DNA from: a virus
Taxonomy: Duplodnaviria; Heunggongvirae; Uroviricota; Caudoviricetes
Direction: 5' to 3' (one strand)
DNA length: 64,000 bases
Virus record (IMG/VR): IMGVR_UViG_3300023710_000192
Each line of letters begins with the position of its first letter. Position 1 is the stretch's first letter. The notes below the pieces were generated by a model. The model saw only the letters and a list, made by a program, of their open reading frames with translations. It was not told where the DNA came from and ran no database searches. Positions 10,342 to 20,186 of the stretch are shown piece after piece. Both the position numbers and the translations under genes were made by a program.

Positions 10342-10770
10342 ATGGCAAATAATTGTTGTTATTCAATGAAAATTGTAGGAACTAAAGGAAATTGTGAAAG
10401 ATTTGTAAGAAAACTTAAAAGTTATGAAGAACCAAATCATTTTTGGAGAATATTTGAAGCAGGAGTATATAACTGTGACGGAGATGATGATAACTATGAG
10501 ATGTACATTTGTGGAGATTGTGCATGGTCACTAGAAACTTGCTGCAGAGCATCTGGTTATTCACACGGAATTGATTTGTTTGAGGTAAATACAAGGGAAC
10601 TTGAACTTAAACTTGAAGCATGGTCAGAAGAATCAGGTATTGGTTTTCAAGAACATTATATCTACGACAACGGAGAGTGCTTGGCTGATGAGTGTGAAGA
10701 AAAGTTTGATAGCAACGATGAAGTTGTAGTAGGTGGATTTGGCGATGAGTATGAAGAATGGCATATCTAA
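10342..10770 (+). CDS. Cys-rich hypothetical protein
   Basis: ATG after AAGGGGGG; multiple CC/CxxC pairs, possible metal binding. Confidence 0.45.
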   Translation: MANNCCYSMKIVGTKGNCERFVRKLKSYEEPNHFWRIFEAGVYNCDGDDDNYEMYICGDCAWSLETCCRASGYSHGIDLFEVNTRELELKLEAWSEESGIGFQEHYIYDNGECLADECEEKFDSNDEVVVGGFGDEYEEWHI

Positions 10771-10782
10771 AGGAGGTATAAT

Positions 10783-11070
10783 ATGACAAGATTTATAAAC
10801 TTTGATGATCCATATAATAGATGGACTTTAGACAAAATATTATATATTTGCAATAAAGTAAAAGAATATGCAACAAAACATAATTTAGAGAATGTTGTAT
10901 TGGAGACCATAGAGGATAACAGATGGAGTGATAGTAAAAATCAGAGATATGATATTACAATTTCATATTACAAAGGCGATCACATATGGGAACAAAAGTT
11001 ACTATTATTAAAAGGAGAACTTATAGACGGAAAAGAATTTCATCGTAGATTTAATGAGTTCTATTCGTAA
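10783..11070 (+). CDS. hypothetical protein
   Basis: AAGGAGG RBS. Confidence 0.5.
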   Translation: MTRFINFDDPYNRWTLDKILYICNKVKEYATKHNLENVVLETIEDNRWSDSKNQRYDITISYYKGDHIWEQKLLLLKGELIDGKEFHRRFNEFYS

Positions 11071-11083
11071 AGGAAGTGATTTA

Positions 11084-11350
11084 ATGACATACAAGATAAA
11101 AAATGACATGTTCGGGTACTACAACGAAATGACGGGAATTGACATGATATTTGTAGTCGAGAACGAAACACAGTATGAACAAGCAGAGCAAATTGTACGT
11201 GAAGAAATCGACGCATGGGGCGGTTGTGATGACGAAGATGATGAGAGATATTGGGAAGGATATGTAGAAGGAGCAGAAAGGAAACTAAAGGAGAACAACA
11301 TAAATGTAACTATATATGACAAAGTTTCGGAAGAGGAGGAGATGTTATGA
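11084..11350 (+). CDS. hypothetical protein
   Basis: ATG 11084 after AAGGAAGTG. Confidence 0.45.
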   Translation: MTYKIKNDMFGYYNEMTGIDMIFVVENETQYEQAEQIVREEIDAWGGCDDEDDERYWEGYVEGAERKLKENNINVTIYDKVSEEEEML

Positions 11351-11607
11351 AGTACACAATTATGGTAAGTTATTATACATGGAATGAAGAAACGCAAACA
11401 GAAGGAGAAGAATGGTTATATCTTGGAACCGAAGGAAAACATAAGATTTTTATTTTTGAAGATAAGATTACCGAAAACACAAAATTATTCAATAGTGCAA
11501 AGGCAGCAGGGGAATATGTTGATAAACATTTTGGTGCTGACGACCAGAGAGTATGCTACAAAACAGTAAAAATTGTGGAAGTGATTGACCGAATTGAAAT
11601 GGAATAA
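11347..11607 (+). CDS. hypothetical protein
   Basis: ATGA overlap with the upstream stop. Confidence 0.45.
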   Translation: MKYTIMVSYYTWNEETQTEGEEWLYLGTEGKHKIFIFEDKITENTKLFNSAKAAGEYVDKHFGADDQRVCYKTVKIVEVIDRIEME

Positions 11608-11620
11608 AGGAGGTATGTAT

Positions 11621-11935
11621 ATGCAAATAACAAATAGGTTTGGAGAAAAAATTAATCTAGGGTTAGACATACAAAGTTATTGCGTTGAGTCTAAAGATAT
11701 TTATATAGGTATTATTGACATAGATGACGGAGAATTATACGCAGACCTGACCGTTTGGTTAAAACCTCTGTCACAGAATATGGCATGTATAAATGTAAAC
11801 GATTTTAATGAAGCTGAAGAGTTCATTAAGAAGTTTAATTTAGGAATACCGACAGGTGAATACGTAACATCGGGATTTTGTGAGTATCCAGTGTACAAAC
11901 TAAATATGGATGAAATAAAGAAATACAGTATTTAA
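11621..11935 (+). CDS. hypothetical protein
   Basis: ATG 8 nt after AAGGAGG. Confidence 0.45.
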   Translation: MQITNRFGEKINLGLDIQSYCVESKDIYIGIIDIDDGELYADLTVWLKPLSQNMACINVNDFNEAEEFIKKFNLGIPTGEYVTSGFCEYPVYKLNMDEIKKYSI

Positions 11936-11949
11936 AGGAGGTTTTAATT

Positions 11950-12339
11950 ATGGTATCAGAAAATGGAATGGTAATGATGAGCGAACAAGAATATAAAGAA
12001 CTTACAAGCCAGAATAATAAGCCAATGGATAAAGAAACAAGAAAAAAAGAATACAGAAAAAGAATGGTATTGGCAATGGAAATGCTTGTAAGAGCAGTTA
12101 ACGACGAAGAAATTATGATGGCTTGGCTTATGGGTGGTGTTGCCGATGGAGATATAAGCACGGCATCATTAGATACTGAAGAAGTAGATGATGTTTATAT
12201 TGAAGATGGATATTATGCCGATCTAATGACATTATTCTTGAGAACTATGGAAGCTGCTTGGCGTGACGGTGGTTTATACGATAGCGGAATCTCAAGTATG
12301 GACAAGAGAGAATATAAGAAAATGTTAGAGAATATGTAA
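11950..12339 (+). CDS. hypothetical protein
   Basis: AAGGAGG RBS. Confidence 0.5.
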   Translation: MVSENGMVMMSEQEYKELTSQNNKPMDKETRKKEYRKRMVLAMEMLVRAVNDEEIMMAWLMGGVADGDISTASLDTEEVDDVYIEDGYYADLMTLFLRTMEAAWRDGGLYDSGISSMDKREYKKMLENM

Positions 12340-12352
12340 GGGAGATGGTCAT

Positions 12353-12649
12353 ATGTTAATGACAATATATGCAGATTCAACTGGGTTATTTACTGACGAG
12401 TTTGAAGATAAGATTAGTAATTTAATTGAAGTTGAAATTGAAGAATGCTATGTAAAACAATACTTCAAACATGAGATACTTGAGATTTTTAAGCCAGATA
12501 AAGACGAAAATGTTAGCGACGATGGTTTATTTGAAGAGTGGCTTGATGAGTACCACGCAGATGAAACACGAGATTTGTGGGAGTGGTGTAATAGATACGG
12601 AATTGATTGTAAGATTTCTCATATATATGCATTGGAGGTGATTATATGA
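12353..12649 (+). CDS. hypothetical protein
   Basis: GGGAGATGG RBS. Confidence 0.45.
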   Translation: MLMTIYADSTGLFTDEFEDKISNLIEVEIEECYVKQYFKHEILEIFKPDKDENVSDDGLFEEWLDEYHADETRDLWEWCNRYGIDCKISHIYALEVII

Positions 12650-12800
12650 AATTATATTGTGTGGTTTATTTGTCGCCCGGAGGCATACATTACAGATACC
12701 GGTGTAGTGCAAAGAATAAAAGAGAAGCAAGAGAAATGTGCAGAAAGGAAATGTTTTGTTCGGATGCTGATATAACAGATGTTTATGAAGAATAGGAGTA

Positions 12801-13109
12801 ATGCTTATGATAACTGAATTTGAATCTGGCGGCATAAAAACATTACTGGGTGCTATATGTGATTATCTTTATACCGCACCGAAAAAGGAGGTTAAAAAAA
12901 TGACAAGAGATTTAACCGGTATAGCAAAACCGTGTCCCATGTGTGGATCTAAAAGAATTTATATGCCATATCCTAAGATAGATGTTATTTATAGTGTGAA
13001 TATCCAGTGTGCTGATTGTGGATTAAATGGATATAAAAATGTATTTAAAGATGTTGACATTGATGAAGCGATGGAGAGAACAATTAAATATTGGAACACA
13101 AGAGTATAA
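12801..13109 (+). CDS. zinc-ribbon protein (start could instead be ATG 12900)
   Basis: CPMCGS...CADCG paired CxxC; alternative ATG 12900 follows AAAAGGAGG. Confidence 0.4.
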   Translation: MLMITEFESGGIKTLLGAICDYLYTAPKKEVKKMTRDLTGIAKPCPMCGSKRIYMPYPKIDVIYSVNIQCADCGLNGYKNVFKDVDIDEAMERTIKYWNTRV

Positions 13110-13136
13110 AACGAATATTTTAAGGGAGGTATAAAT

Positions 13137-13391
13137 ATGCAATATGAATATATAGAATTAAAAGGAAAAAAGTATTGTAATGTGTATGCTGATAAATCTC
13201 AAGCTAATGGAATCTTAAGATTCACACATGAAATTAATGTTACATTTGTCTTAGAGGATGATGAATGGAAATTCGATAGTGCATGGCACTGTGGTGTTTC
13301 TGATATGGAATGGGAAGCAGATGAGTTAGATAGTTTTGAACAGACATTTCCGGGGTTATACGAAGAAATGGTTCAAGGATTAAAAAAATAA
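13137..13391 (+). CDS. hypothetical protein
   Basis: AAGGGAGG RBS. Confidence 0.45.
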   Translation: MQYEYIELKGKKYCNVYADKSQANGILRFTHEINVTFVLEDDEWKFDSAWHCGVSDMEWEADELDSFEQTFPGLYEEMVQGLKK

Positions 13392-13855
13392 ATCCAATAT
13401 TTGAAGGGAGTGATTATATGAGAATTGTAAAGACATGGTGCGAGAATACAAAAGAAGGAGAGAATTACCTGAAGTATAACGGATATATAAAAGCAAGACG
13501 AATCTTGAATACAAATTATTATATCTGTAAGTTAATTGGAAATAAGTTAGAAGATGTAGAAGTAATACTATAAAACAAGGTTTTCAAGGGAGGCAAGAAT
13601 TTAATGAGTATTACAATAGTGGTGAATAACTGTTGGGATTGTCCTTATAGAGATAAAAATGATGGCGGTAAAGTTCCACATTATTGCAGAAAAAATCACT
13701 CTTGTATGTGTGACGAGGATTTCCCTAAGCATTGTCCTCTAATGCAGTCTGACTCGTCTGTAAAGTAAAACTAATATCCTATAAGAAGACACACTATGAA
13801 TTGGAAATTAGAATAATAGGTTAAATAAAATAATGTTTTGGAGGGAGGGATCAGT

Positions 13856-14086
13856 ATGACAAGAATAGTTTTGTATTATGCAGATAAGAATTGGCAAGCG
13901 AGAGGATATGCAAATAATGTTTGGCTTAATATTTATCCTGATACAAAGAATTATTCAAAGGTCGTTACAATGTGGAGTGATACAGAACGGTCAAATATTG
14001 TGGAAGTAAAACGCAAATCAGATATAAACGATATGGTGGATTACTTAAAGGCAAATGGATATACAGAAAAAGAAGTATCTAACTAA
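13856..14086 (+). CDS. hypothetical protein
   Basis: ATG after GGAGGGAGGG. Confidence 0.45.
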   Translation: MTRIVLYYADKNWQARGYANNVWLNIYPDTKNYSKVVTMWSDTERSNIVEVKRKSDINDMVDYLKANGYTEKEVSN

Positions 14087-14117
14087 TAAAATAACTTTTT
14101 ATGGAAAGGAGATAAAC

Positions 14118-14585
14118 ATGTTTGATGTTGAATGGAAACCAAAAGACTTTGCTGAGAAAGTAAAAGAACATTCTTGTTTCGGTGGATACCATCACTATTC
14201 AGTATCGAATCGAGAAGATGTAGATGGATTTTGTGAATGGTTACGATATCAGGGAGCAACAGATATTAAAGTAACCGAGCATATTCCATATACGTTTGAT
14301 ACTGTAAAAGAAGCGAGAACAAAACGTGGATTAACAACAACGGAAACTGACAAAAGAAATATTCAGTTGATAAAGAGAATCGCTTGTGAATGTAAACCTG
14401 GTAATATCCCATACACGCCAGCTTTTGTGATAGAAACTGCAAAAGAATGTGATAAGACAAAGCCAATTTTAATTTGCATTGGTGGGGATTATTATCCATT
14501 GGAACACGTTTATATTTTACAAGATGAAGACTTGGATGAAGATGATAAAGAACTGGCTGGTTGTTTAGTATTTGAAATGGAATAA
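14118..14585 (+). CDS. hypothetical protein
   Basis: ATG 14118 after GGAAAGGAG. Confidence 0.45.
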   Translation: MFDVEWKPKDFAEKVKEHSCFGGYHHYSVSNREDVDGFCEWLRYQGATDIKVTEHIPYTFDTVKEARTKRGLTTTETDKRNIQLIKRIACECKPGNIPYTPAFVIETAKECDKTKPILICIGGDYYPLEHVYILQDEDLDEDDKELAGCLVFEME

Positions 14586-14612
14586 AATAACTTTTTTAAG
14601 GGAGGTAAAAAT

Positions 14613-14888
14613 ATGGCATATATCTTAAGAGAATCAACTGGTTGTTGTTTACAAGATGCTGATAGAAAAATATACACAACAAAGTCGCCTGGAAAACGGA
14701 TTGAAAAATTATTCTATGGTCTATTAAAGGAAATCAATCTTACGGATAGTGAGATAGATGAAATAAGGAAAGAAATAAAAGAATATGGAGAATGTGAGGG
14801 TGATAGATATGGATTTAGTGGTAATGAAGCATATGTAGATTTTGATGATGTATATAGTACAAGGACTTATTTGAATGTGGTTGCGTAA
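14613..14888 (+). CDS. hypothetical protein
   Basis: TTTTTTAAGGGAGG upstream. Confidence 0.45.
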   Translation: MAYILRESTGCCLQDADRKIYTTKSPGKRIEKLFYGLLKEINLTDSEIDEIRKEIKEYGECEGDRYGFSGNEAYVDFDDVYSTRTYLNVVA

Positions 14889-15094
14889 ATAAAAAAAACT
14901 TTTTTAAGAGAGGTGAGCGTATGAGAATAATAGTAATTAATGAATATGGAATTTTAATAGATGAAAATGAATATGAAACTAATAACGCAACTGAGGCATT
15001 GAGATTATATCTCGATGAAGAACAACCAGTATTAGCAACCGGAGATGTGATTCAGATAAGAGAATAAAAGCAGAGTTTGATTGGAGGTGATTAT

Positions 15095-15403
15095 ATGAAA
15101 ATTTTTGAAAAATTAGAACCAGTTAAATATGTAGAGATTAATGGAAAAGAATTCAGAGCAAGCAGTGTAATCTCTGCTTTATGTGACATGCTCGACACAG
15201 ATGAGGACGATCTTTATGGAGATTATTCTCTTAGGGATTATGAACTGTCAAGTAATACAGAAATATACGATACACTTGCAGAGATGGGATTGGTAAAACA
15301 TTGGATAGGATCACGAGAAGCACGACTATATTGCAGAGCCGCTGGAGCAACAGAAAAATTAGGGGATATGTTAAATGAACTGTATAATAGTTTTGATGAG
15401 TAA
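15095..15403 (+). CDS. hypothetical protein
   Basis: ATG after TTTGATTGGAGGTG. Confidence 0.45.
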   Translation: MKIFEKLEPVKYVEINGKEFRASSVISALCDMLDTDEDDLYGDYSLRDYELSSNTEIYDTLAEMGLVKHWIGSREARLYCRAAGATEKLGDMLNELYNSFDE

Positions 15404-15432
15404 ATTAAAACGAAGTTTGAAAGGAGATTAAT

Positions 15433-15615
15433 ATGAAAATAAAATATGCACCAAATATAATAAAAGCAAGATTAATTGTCGATATTGGAGGAGAATTTTA
15501 TGACGATGAAGCTACAGAGGAAACATTAAGATGCTATGTTGAGCAAGACCTTGAAGATGCGGGATTTAATGTTATAAATGTTGATGTTGCCAATGGTAAG
15601 AGTAATAAAAGTTGA
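15433..15615 (+). CDS. hypothetical small protein
   Basis: TTTGAAAGGAG upstream. Confidence 0.4.
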   Translation: MKIKYAPNIIKARLIVDIGGEFYDDEATEETLRCYVEQDLEDAGFNVINVDVANGKSNKS

Positions 15616-15636
15616 GTTTTAAGGGAGGTGTTTATT

Positions 15637-15888
15637 ATGACAAACGGAACTTTATTAGTTAATAATTCTAATGGATTAGCAAATGATATTTGGCAGTATA
15701 ACGGAGAGTTTGAAAAAGAAGACTGGGAAAAGAGTTTGGTAACCTTTAGAAATGCAGTAGCAGACGCCAAATTGTATATTGAAGAATTGGAAGACGGAGA
15801 GTTTGGAGATGATAGATTATATATTTTAGGGGATATAATCAACCTGTTCGATAGTATTAATGTAGAGATGAAAAAAGATTGTAAATGA
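15637..15888 (+). CDS. hypothetical protein
   Basis: TTTTAAGGGAGG upstream. Confidence 0.4.
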   Translation: MTNGTLLVNNSNGLANDIWQYNGEFEKEDWEKSLVTFRNAVADAKLYIEELEDGEFGDDRLYILGDIINLFDSINVEMKKDCK

Positions 15889-15964
15889 TGAAATGAAGAG
15901 AAAACTTAAGAGAAGCAATGGGAAATGTATATGATAAGTTATGTATATAATTGATGGGGGATAA

Positions 15965-16189
15965 ATGATGGCAAAAAGAAGAGAAAGATTTCAAAAATGG
16001 TGTGCCAAAGATTCAAAAGACGATAGAAAAATCAACTATACGTGTCGTATTGGAGATGAAATTCACCAGTTTACATCAGAAGATAGTAAGTCGCATTTGG
16101 TACTTGATTGGTTGCGTCATGAAGCAATGATTGACAGTGTGGAGCTTGTAGATAATGAATGGTATGTCACATTGTCAGATAAAAGATAA
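15965..16189 (+). CDS. hypothetical protein
   Basis: GATGGGGG RBS. Confidence 0.4.
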   Translation: MMAKRRERFQKWCAKDSKDDRKINYTCRIGDEIHQFTSEDSKSHLVLDWLRHEAMIDSVELVDNEWYVTLSDKR

Positions 16190-16243
16190 TACCAGAATTA
16201 AAAGAAGAAAGGGCAGCCGGAACGGCTGAAAAGGTGAAAACTT

Positions 16244-16678
16244 ATGAATAATTATTATGTTATTGATACCGTTAACAATTCAGATGAATTTATTTGCGGA
16301 AAATATCAGGAATTAAGCGTAGCAATAAAAGCGGCTCGTTATGAGTGGGACAAGCTGACAGCGGGCGAAAAGAAAACGCATGTTGTCGAGGTCAGACAGT
16401 ACGAGGAAGACATTGAAAACGAAGAATGTAATAATTTTGAATATGATTGCTTTGATTGGGGCTACATCATAAGAGACAGCGAAGCAGGAAACGAGATAGA
16501 ACGAGTCAAAACAATAAAAGAAGCTGAAGATCTTTTATGGGACTATGTAAAAGAAGACGAGAACGAAGAAGAAGACGAAGAAAAAAGACTTTTATTCTAT
16601 GAAGTAATAGACACGGCAAGCGGTGAAGCGTTAAGCCTCTCGTGGGATTACGCAAACGATGATGTGATTATTTATTAA
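16244..16678 (+). CDS. hypothetical acidic protein
   Basis: AAAAGGTGAAAA RBS; run of E/D. Confidence 0.45.
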   Translation: MNNYYVIDTVNNSDEFICGKYQELSVAIKAARYEWDKLTAGEKKTHVVEVRQYEEDIENEECNNFEYDCFDWGYIIRDSEAGNEIERVKTIKEAEDLLWDYVKEDENEEEDEEKRLLFYEVIDTASGEALSLSWDYANDDVIIY

Positions 16679-16694
16679 GAAAGGAGGTGCAAAC

Positions 16695-16985
16695 ATGGAA
16701 TCATTTGAATTATGTATAGATGAATCTTATTCAAAAGAAACATGTATTGACGAATGGGGCGCTGCTCAGTATTGGAACGGAGATAAAGGTGTAGAGTACA
16801 ACTTCTGTAAAGACACCGGCAACGATTGCTCTGCAATTTATTCAATGAGTATAAATTCTGAAGGATATGTAGAAACAGATTATGATAATTACATACATTA
16901 TGAGATTGATTTTAATGATAAGCATTGGAGACTTAAACTTAGAGAAGCAATGTTGAATGTATATAATTCTCTTTGTAAAGAGTAA
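16695..16985 (+). CDS. hypothetical protein
   Basis: AAGGAGGTG RBS; followed by a 10-bp-stem hairpin (AAGAGTTCGT...ACGAACTCTT). Confidence 0.45.
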   Translation: MESFELCIDESYSKETCIDEWGAAQYWNGDKGVEYNFCKDTGNDCSAIYSMSINSEGYVETDYDNYIHYEIDFNDKHWRLKLREAMLNVYNSLCKE

Positions 16986-17025
16986 GAGTTCGTAACCGGG
17001 TGCAATGACGGAAACGAACTCTTAG
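16983..17025 (+). terminator. strong hairpin at the end of the early small-gene block
   Basis: AAGAGTTCGT-N18-ACGAACTCTT inverted repeat overlapping the stop codon; a long AT-rich intergenic region follows. Confidence 0.35.
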
Positions 17026-17177
17026 ATGTTTATTTGGTAGGTTTTTATAATAGCACGTAATTATAAAAATATCAAGTGAAACTATATTAGTAATTGAGCA
17101 CAATAAATTAAATAAATATTCGGGAATATGACGAAAGAATAGTAGTTTATAATTGATTTAATAAAGGAGGCGATGGA

Positions 17178-17495
17178 ATGGCAGGATTAGGGTTAATGAT
17201 ATTTGTTATTTGCTTATTATGTACAAATATAGGCAATTCGATAAGAAACGGTAATGCTAGAGATGAGGCTAGAAAAAAAGGGAATGAAACATATTTTGTT
17301 AATGGACACACATATTACACATCAAGCGGAAAACCATATGATTATGCTGGTTGGGGTGTTAATGTAGAACATAAATTAAGAATGGAAGAGTTTGAGAGAT
17401 TTAAAGATCATTACGGAACATATGAAAATTATTTAAAAAAGAAGTATGGTAGTTATTGGACTACAATTTTAGCAGATGAAAGAAAGTATTTATAG
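17178..17495 (+). CDS. membrane-anchored hypothetical protein
   Basis: N-terminal hydrophobic segment GLGLMIFVICLLC; AAGGAGG RBS. Confidence 0.45.
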   Translation: MAGLGLMIFVICLLCTNIGNSIRNGNARDEARKKGNETYFVNGHTYYTSSGKPYDYAGWGVNVEHKLRMEEFERFKDHYGTYENYLKKKYGSYWTTILADERKYL

Positions 17496-17507
17496 GAGGG
17501 TATTATT

Positions 17508-17735
17508 ATGAATAAACAAAGAAGAGAAAAGATTAAAGAGTGTAGATCAATGATAGAAGACGTAAGAGATATGTTAGATGATATTCAATCTGATGAACAA
17601 ATGGCATTTGATAATCTTCCTGAAAATCTACAATATAGTTTAAGAGGGGAAGAAATGGAAGAAGCCATAGATTATATAGGTAATGCAGTAGATTATTTAG
17701 ATAACGCAGTAGATGAACTTGATGGAATAATATAG
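17508..17735 (+). CDS. hypothetical acidic protein
   Basis: TAGGAGGG RBS. Confidence 0.4.
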   Translation: MNKQRREKIKECRSMIEDVRDMLDDIQSDEQMAFDNLPENLQYSLRGEEMEEAIDYIGNAVDYLDNAVDELDGII

Positions 17736-17748
17736 GGAGGTGTGTATT

Positions 17749-18771
17749 ATGACTGGTAGACTTGAAGGAGAAATTAAGATAAGAGAAGCAACCGAAAAAT
17801 TATTATTAGATTTACCAAATTATGTTGAGGATTGGACGAGATTATTAAGAGCATCTGATTGTACTGAAGCAACTATTAAAAATTATACAGATAAGATTAG
17901 TAAGTTCCTAAGATATATAAACACTAATGCAAAAGATGTTACACCAGATGATATTACACCGGATATAACTATTGATTATTATACGTCGTTAAAAACAAAG
18001 ATTAAAAATGGTAAGGTATGTGAAACATCTGATAGTTATAAGAGAACTTGTTGGTATGCTTTAAATAGTTTTCTTGGTTTCTTGGCTAAAAGAGACAAGA
18101 TTAAATATAACTATATAACAGATATTGATAAACCCAAAGATAATGATCTTGATAGAATAAAGGAAACACGTATTAAGTTAACTGAAAAAGACTTTCACAA
18201 TATTCTTAATGCAGTTAATAATGGAGCCGGAAGTCACAGGGCCAGAGCGAGACAACGTGAATGGAAAGAAAGAGATATGTGTATATTGGTATTATTTATG
18301 ATGACCGGTATGCGTAATACTGCAATGAGTCAAATTAATCTTGAAGATATTAATTTTGAAGATCGTACATTAATTGTTAGAGATAAAGGAAAGAGGACAC
18401 ATAAATATTATATTGAAGATGCAGCCATGAAAGTATTAAACAATTGGTTAATTAAAAGAAAAGATATTCTTACAAAGAAAAAAGTAGATACTAATTCGTT
18501 GTTTATCTCAAACAGATGCGAAAGAATATCTGCAATGAGTATTTCTGACATGGTAAAGAAATATTCTGAGGCCGGAATGGGTGTAGGAATATCACCACAT
18601 AAGATAAGAGCAGGTTTTTGTTCTATTCTTTATGAAAAGAATCCGGATCTCTTGTTTGTGAGTCGTGCAGTTGGACACGCAGATACAAAGGTGACATTAA
18701 GATATATTGTAACCGACGATTCTTTAATTAAGAAATCTGCGGGTATTATGAATAATGTAATTACAAATTGA
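17749..18771 (+). CDS. int: tyrosine recombinase / phage integrase
   Basis: C-terminal catalytic region HKIRAGF...GHADTKVTLRYI (His-x-x-Arg ... Gly-His ... Tyr) typical of the XerC/D-phage integrase family; N-terminal SAM-like core-binding region; ATG 17749 after GGGAGGTG. Confidence 0.8.
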   Translation: MTGRLEGEIKIREATEKLLLDLPNYVEDWTRLLRASDCTEATIKNYTDKISKFLRYINTNAKDVTPDDITPDITIDYYTSLKTKIKNGKVCETSDSYKRTCWYALNSFLGFLAKRDKIKYNYITDIDKPKDNDLDRIKETRIKLTEKDFHNILNAVNNGAGSHRARARQREWKERDMCILVLFMMTGMRNTAMSQINLEDINFEDRTLIVRDKGKRTHKYYIEDAAMKVLNNWLIKRKDILTKKKVDTNSLFISNRCERISAMSISDMVKKYSEAGMGVGISPHKIRAGFCSILYEKNPDLLFVSRAVGHADTKVTLRYIVTDDSLIKKSAGIMNNVITN

Positions 18772-18846
18772 TATAATTAGAGAGGTGTGACATAAAGGAA
18801 CTTGATGCGGTATAAATATACTGCATTGATATAATAGTAAAAATTG

Positions 18847-18875
18847 TTGACAGAAGTGATAACATAATATATAAT
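18847..18875 (+). promoter_or_regulatory. sigmaA-type promoter TTGACA-17-TATAAT with upstream TAGTAAAAATTG
   Basis: exact consensus hexamers, 17-nt spacer, A-tract UP-like element. Confidence 0.6.
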
Positions 18876-18927
18876 TTGAAAGGTAAATACAATAAAAATT
18901 GATTTTTATTAAGAGGAGGTAAATAGA

Positions 18928-19242
18928 TTGATAATATATATAGCACATTGGAATTATAATAATCCAAAAAATATAATAATAGAAGAAATAAATGCTGATT
19001 ACGACGAAAATAAATGTAAATGTCATTGGGATCAATTATTAACTCCTGAAATATTCCCGGTATATAATATGCTTTGTTGTGGACATGAAGAAAGAGCTTA
19101 CTTTAATAATAAAATACATTATTTTGTGTCAGGATCACTAGAACAATTAAAATTATATATTAATGATATGATAAACAGACGTAAAGAATATTATAAAAAG
19201 AAATTAGAGATGATTGAAAATATAAATATCGTTATTAAGTAG
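18928..19242 (+). CDS. hypothetical protein (TTG start)
   Basis: TTG 8 nt after AGGAGG; Cys/His-containing. Confidence 0.4.
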   Translation: MIIYIAHWNYNNPKNIIIEEINADYDENKCKCHWDQLLTPEIFPVYNMLCCGHEERAYFNNKIHYFVSGSLEQLKLYINDMINRRKEYYKKKLEMIENINIVIK

Positions 19243-19268
19243 CAAAAATTGACAGAGGAGGTAATAGC

Positions 19269-19898
19269 ATGAGTTATTGGACGTATATAAACGGAAATAT
19301 TAAGGTGGATGTACCGGGAAGAACTCAACCAGAAATTGAGTATATACTTAAAAGTATAATTGATCATCTTCCGATTGTAACTGGTTCTGAACATGATATG
19401 GACATATATCTTAATAAAGTAAATGGTATAAATTGCAGCAGTTCTCATGATGAATATGAAATGCGTACAAATAACTTGACGGATATATACGGAAATAGAA
19501 ACAGGAATGGATCGCTAAATACACAAAGCGAATATTTAATTACAGTTGATGCTTCTTTGAGAGATAGAATGTTTGAAGAAACGTTTAAAGAGTTTATGAA
19601 ATGGTTGTGTCGTTTATCAAAGAGGATTAGTGTTGATTCTATACTAGTAAAAATTGAAGGATACGATGAGTTAGGTAATAAAAGGGAATATATTATCAAC
19701 GAAGGTTATGAATCCCCTTATGATGATATGTATGAATATCCTAGTTGGAGTAATAAAACTGGTGAGCCATGCTGGTGGGAACATTTAACGTGGGATAGAT
19801 ATAATAATTGGCCCTTGCCGATTAATCATGTTGTTAAGTATTTTGAGTGTGAAGAAGCCGATAAAGAGTTTGGTGTGAAAACGGAGGTGAAAAAATAA
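19269..19898 (+). CDS. hypothetical protein
   Basis: AGAGGAGG RBS; TAGCAAAAATTGAC motif 29 nt upstream. Confidence 0.5.
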   Translation: MSYWTYINGNIKVDVPGRTQPEIEYILKSIIDHLPIVTGSEHDMDIYLNKVNGINCSSSHDEYEMRTNNLTDIYGNRNRNGSLNTQSEYLITVDASLRDRMFEETFKEFMKWLCRLSKRISVDSILVKIEGYDELGNKREYIINEGYESPYDDMYEYPSWSNKTGEPCWWEHLTWDRYNNWPLPINHVVKYFECEEADKEFGVKTEVKK

Positions 19899-20180
19899 AT
19901 GAATGTAAGTAAAAAAATATGTGAATCCATAGAGATACTTTGTTCGTTTAATCATATATCAATTTCTGAACTTGAGGATAGGATTGGTTTTTCAAAAGGA
20001 TATATTTCACGATGTAAGAACGGCAAGAAAAAATTGAGTGTCGATTGTTGTTATGATATTGCAAGTATATTTAATACGACAATTAACGACTTGTTATCAG
20101 ACAAATACAAAAATGAGTTTAAAGAAAAGAAAATTGAAGAACTTAAGAAACAGATTGCAGAAATTGAAAAATCAACATAG
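19899..20180 (+). CDS. XRE-family helix-turn-helix transcriptional regulator
   Basis: ISISELEDRIGFSKGYISRCKNGKK matches the HTH_3 pattern (S..L....G.s...is..E.G). Confidence 0.55.
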   Translation: MNVSKKICESIEILCSFNHISISELEDRIGFSKGYISRCKNGKKKLSVDCCYDIASIFNTTINDLLSDKYKNEFKEKKIEELKKQIAEIEKST

Positions 20181-20186
20181 GAGGAA

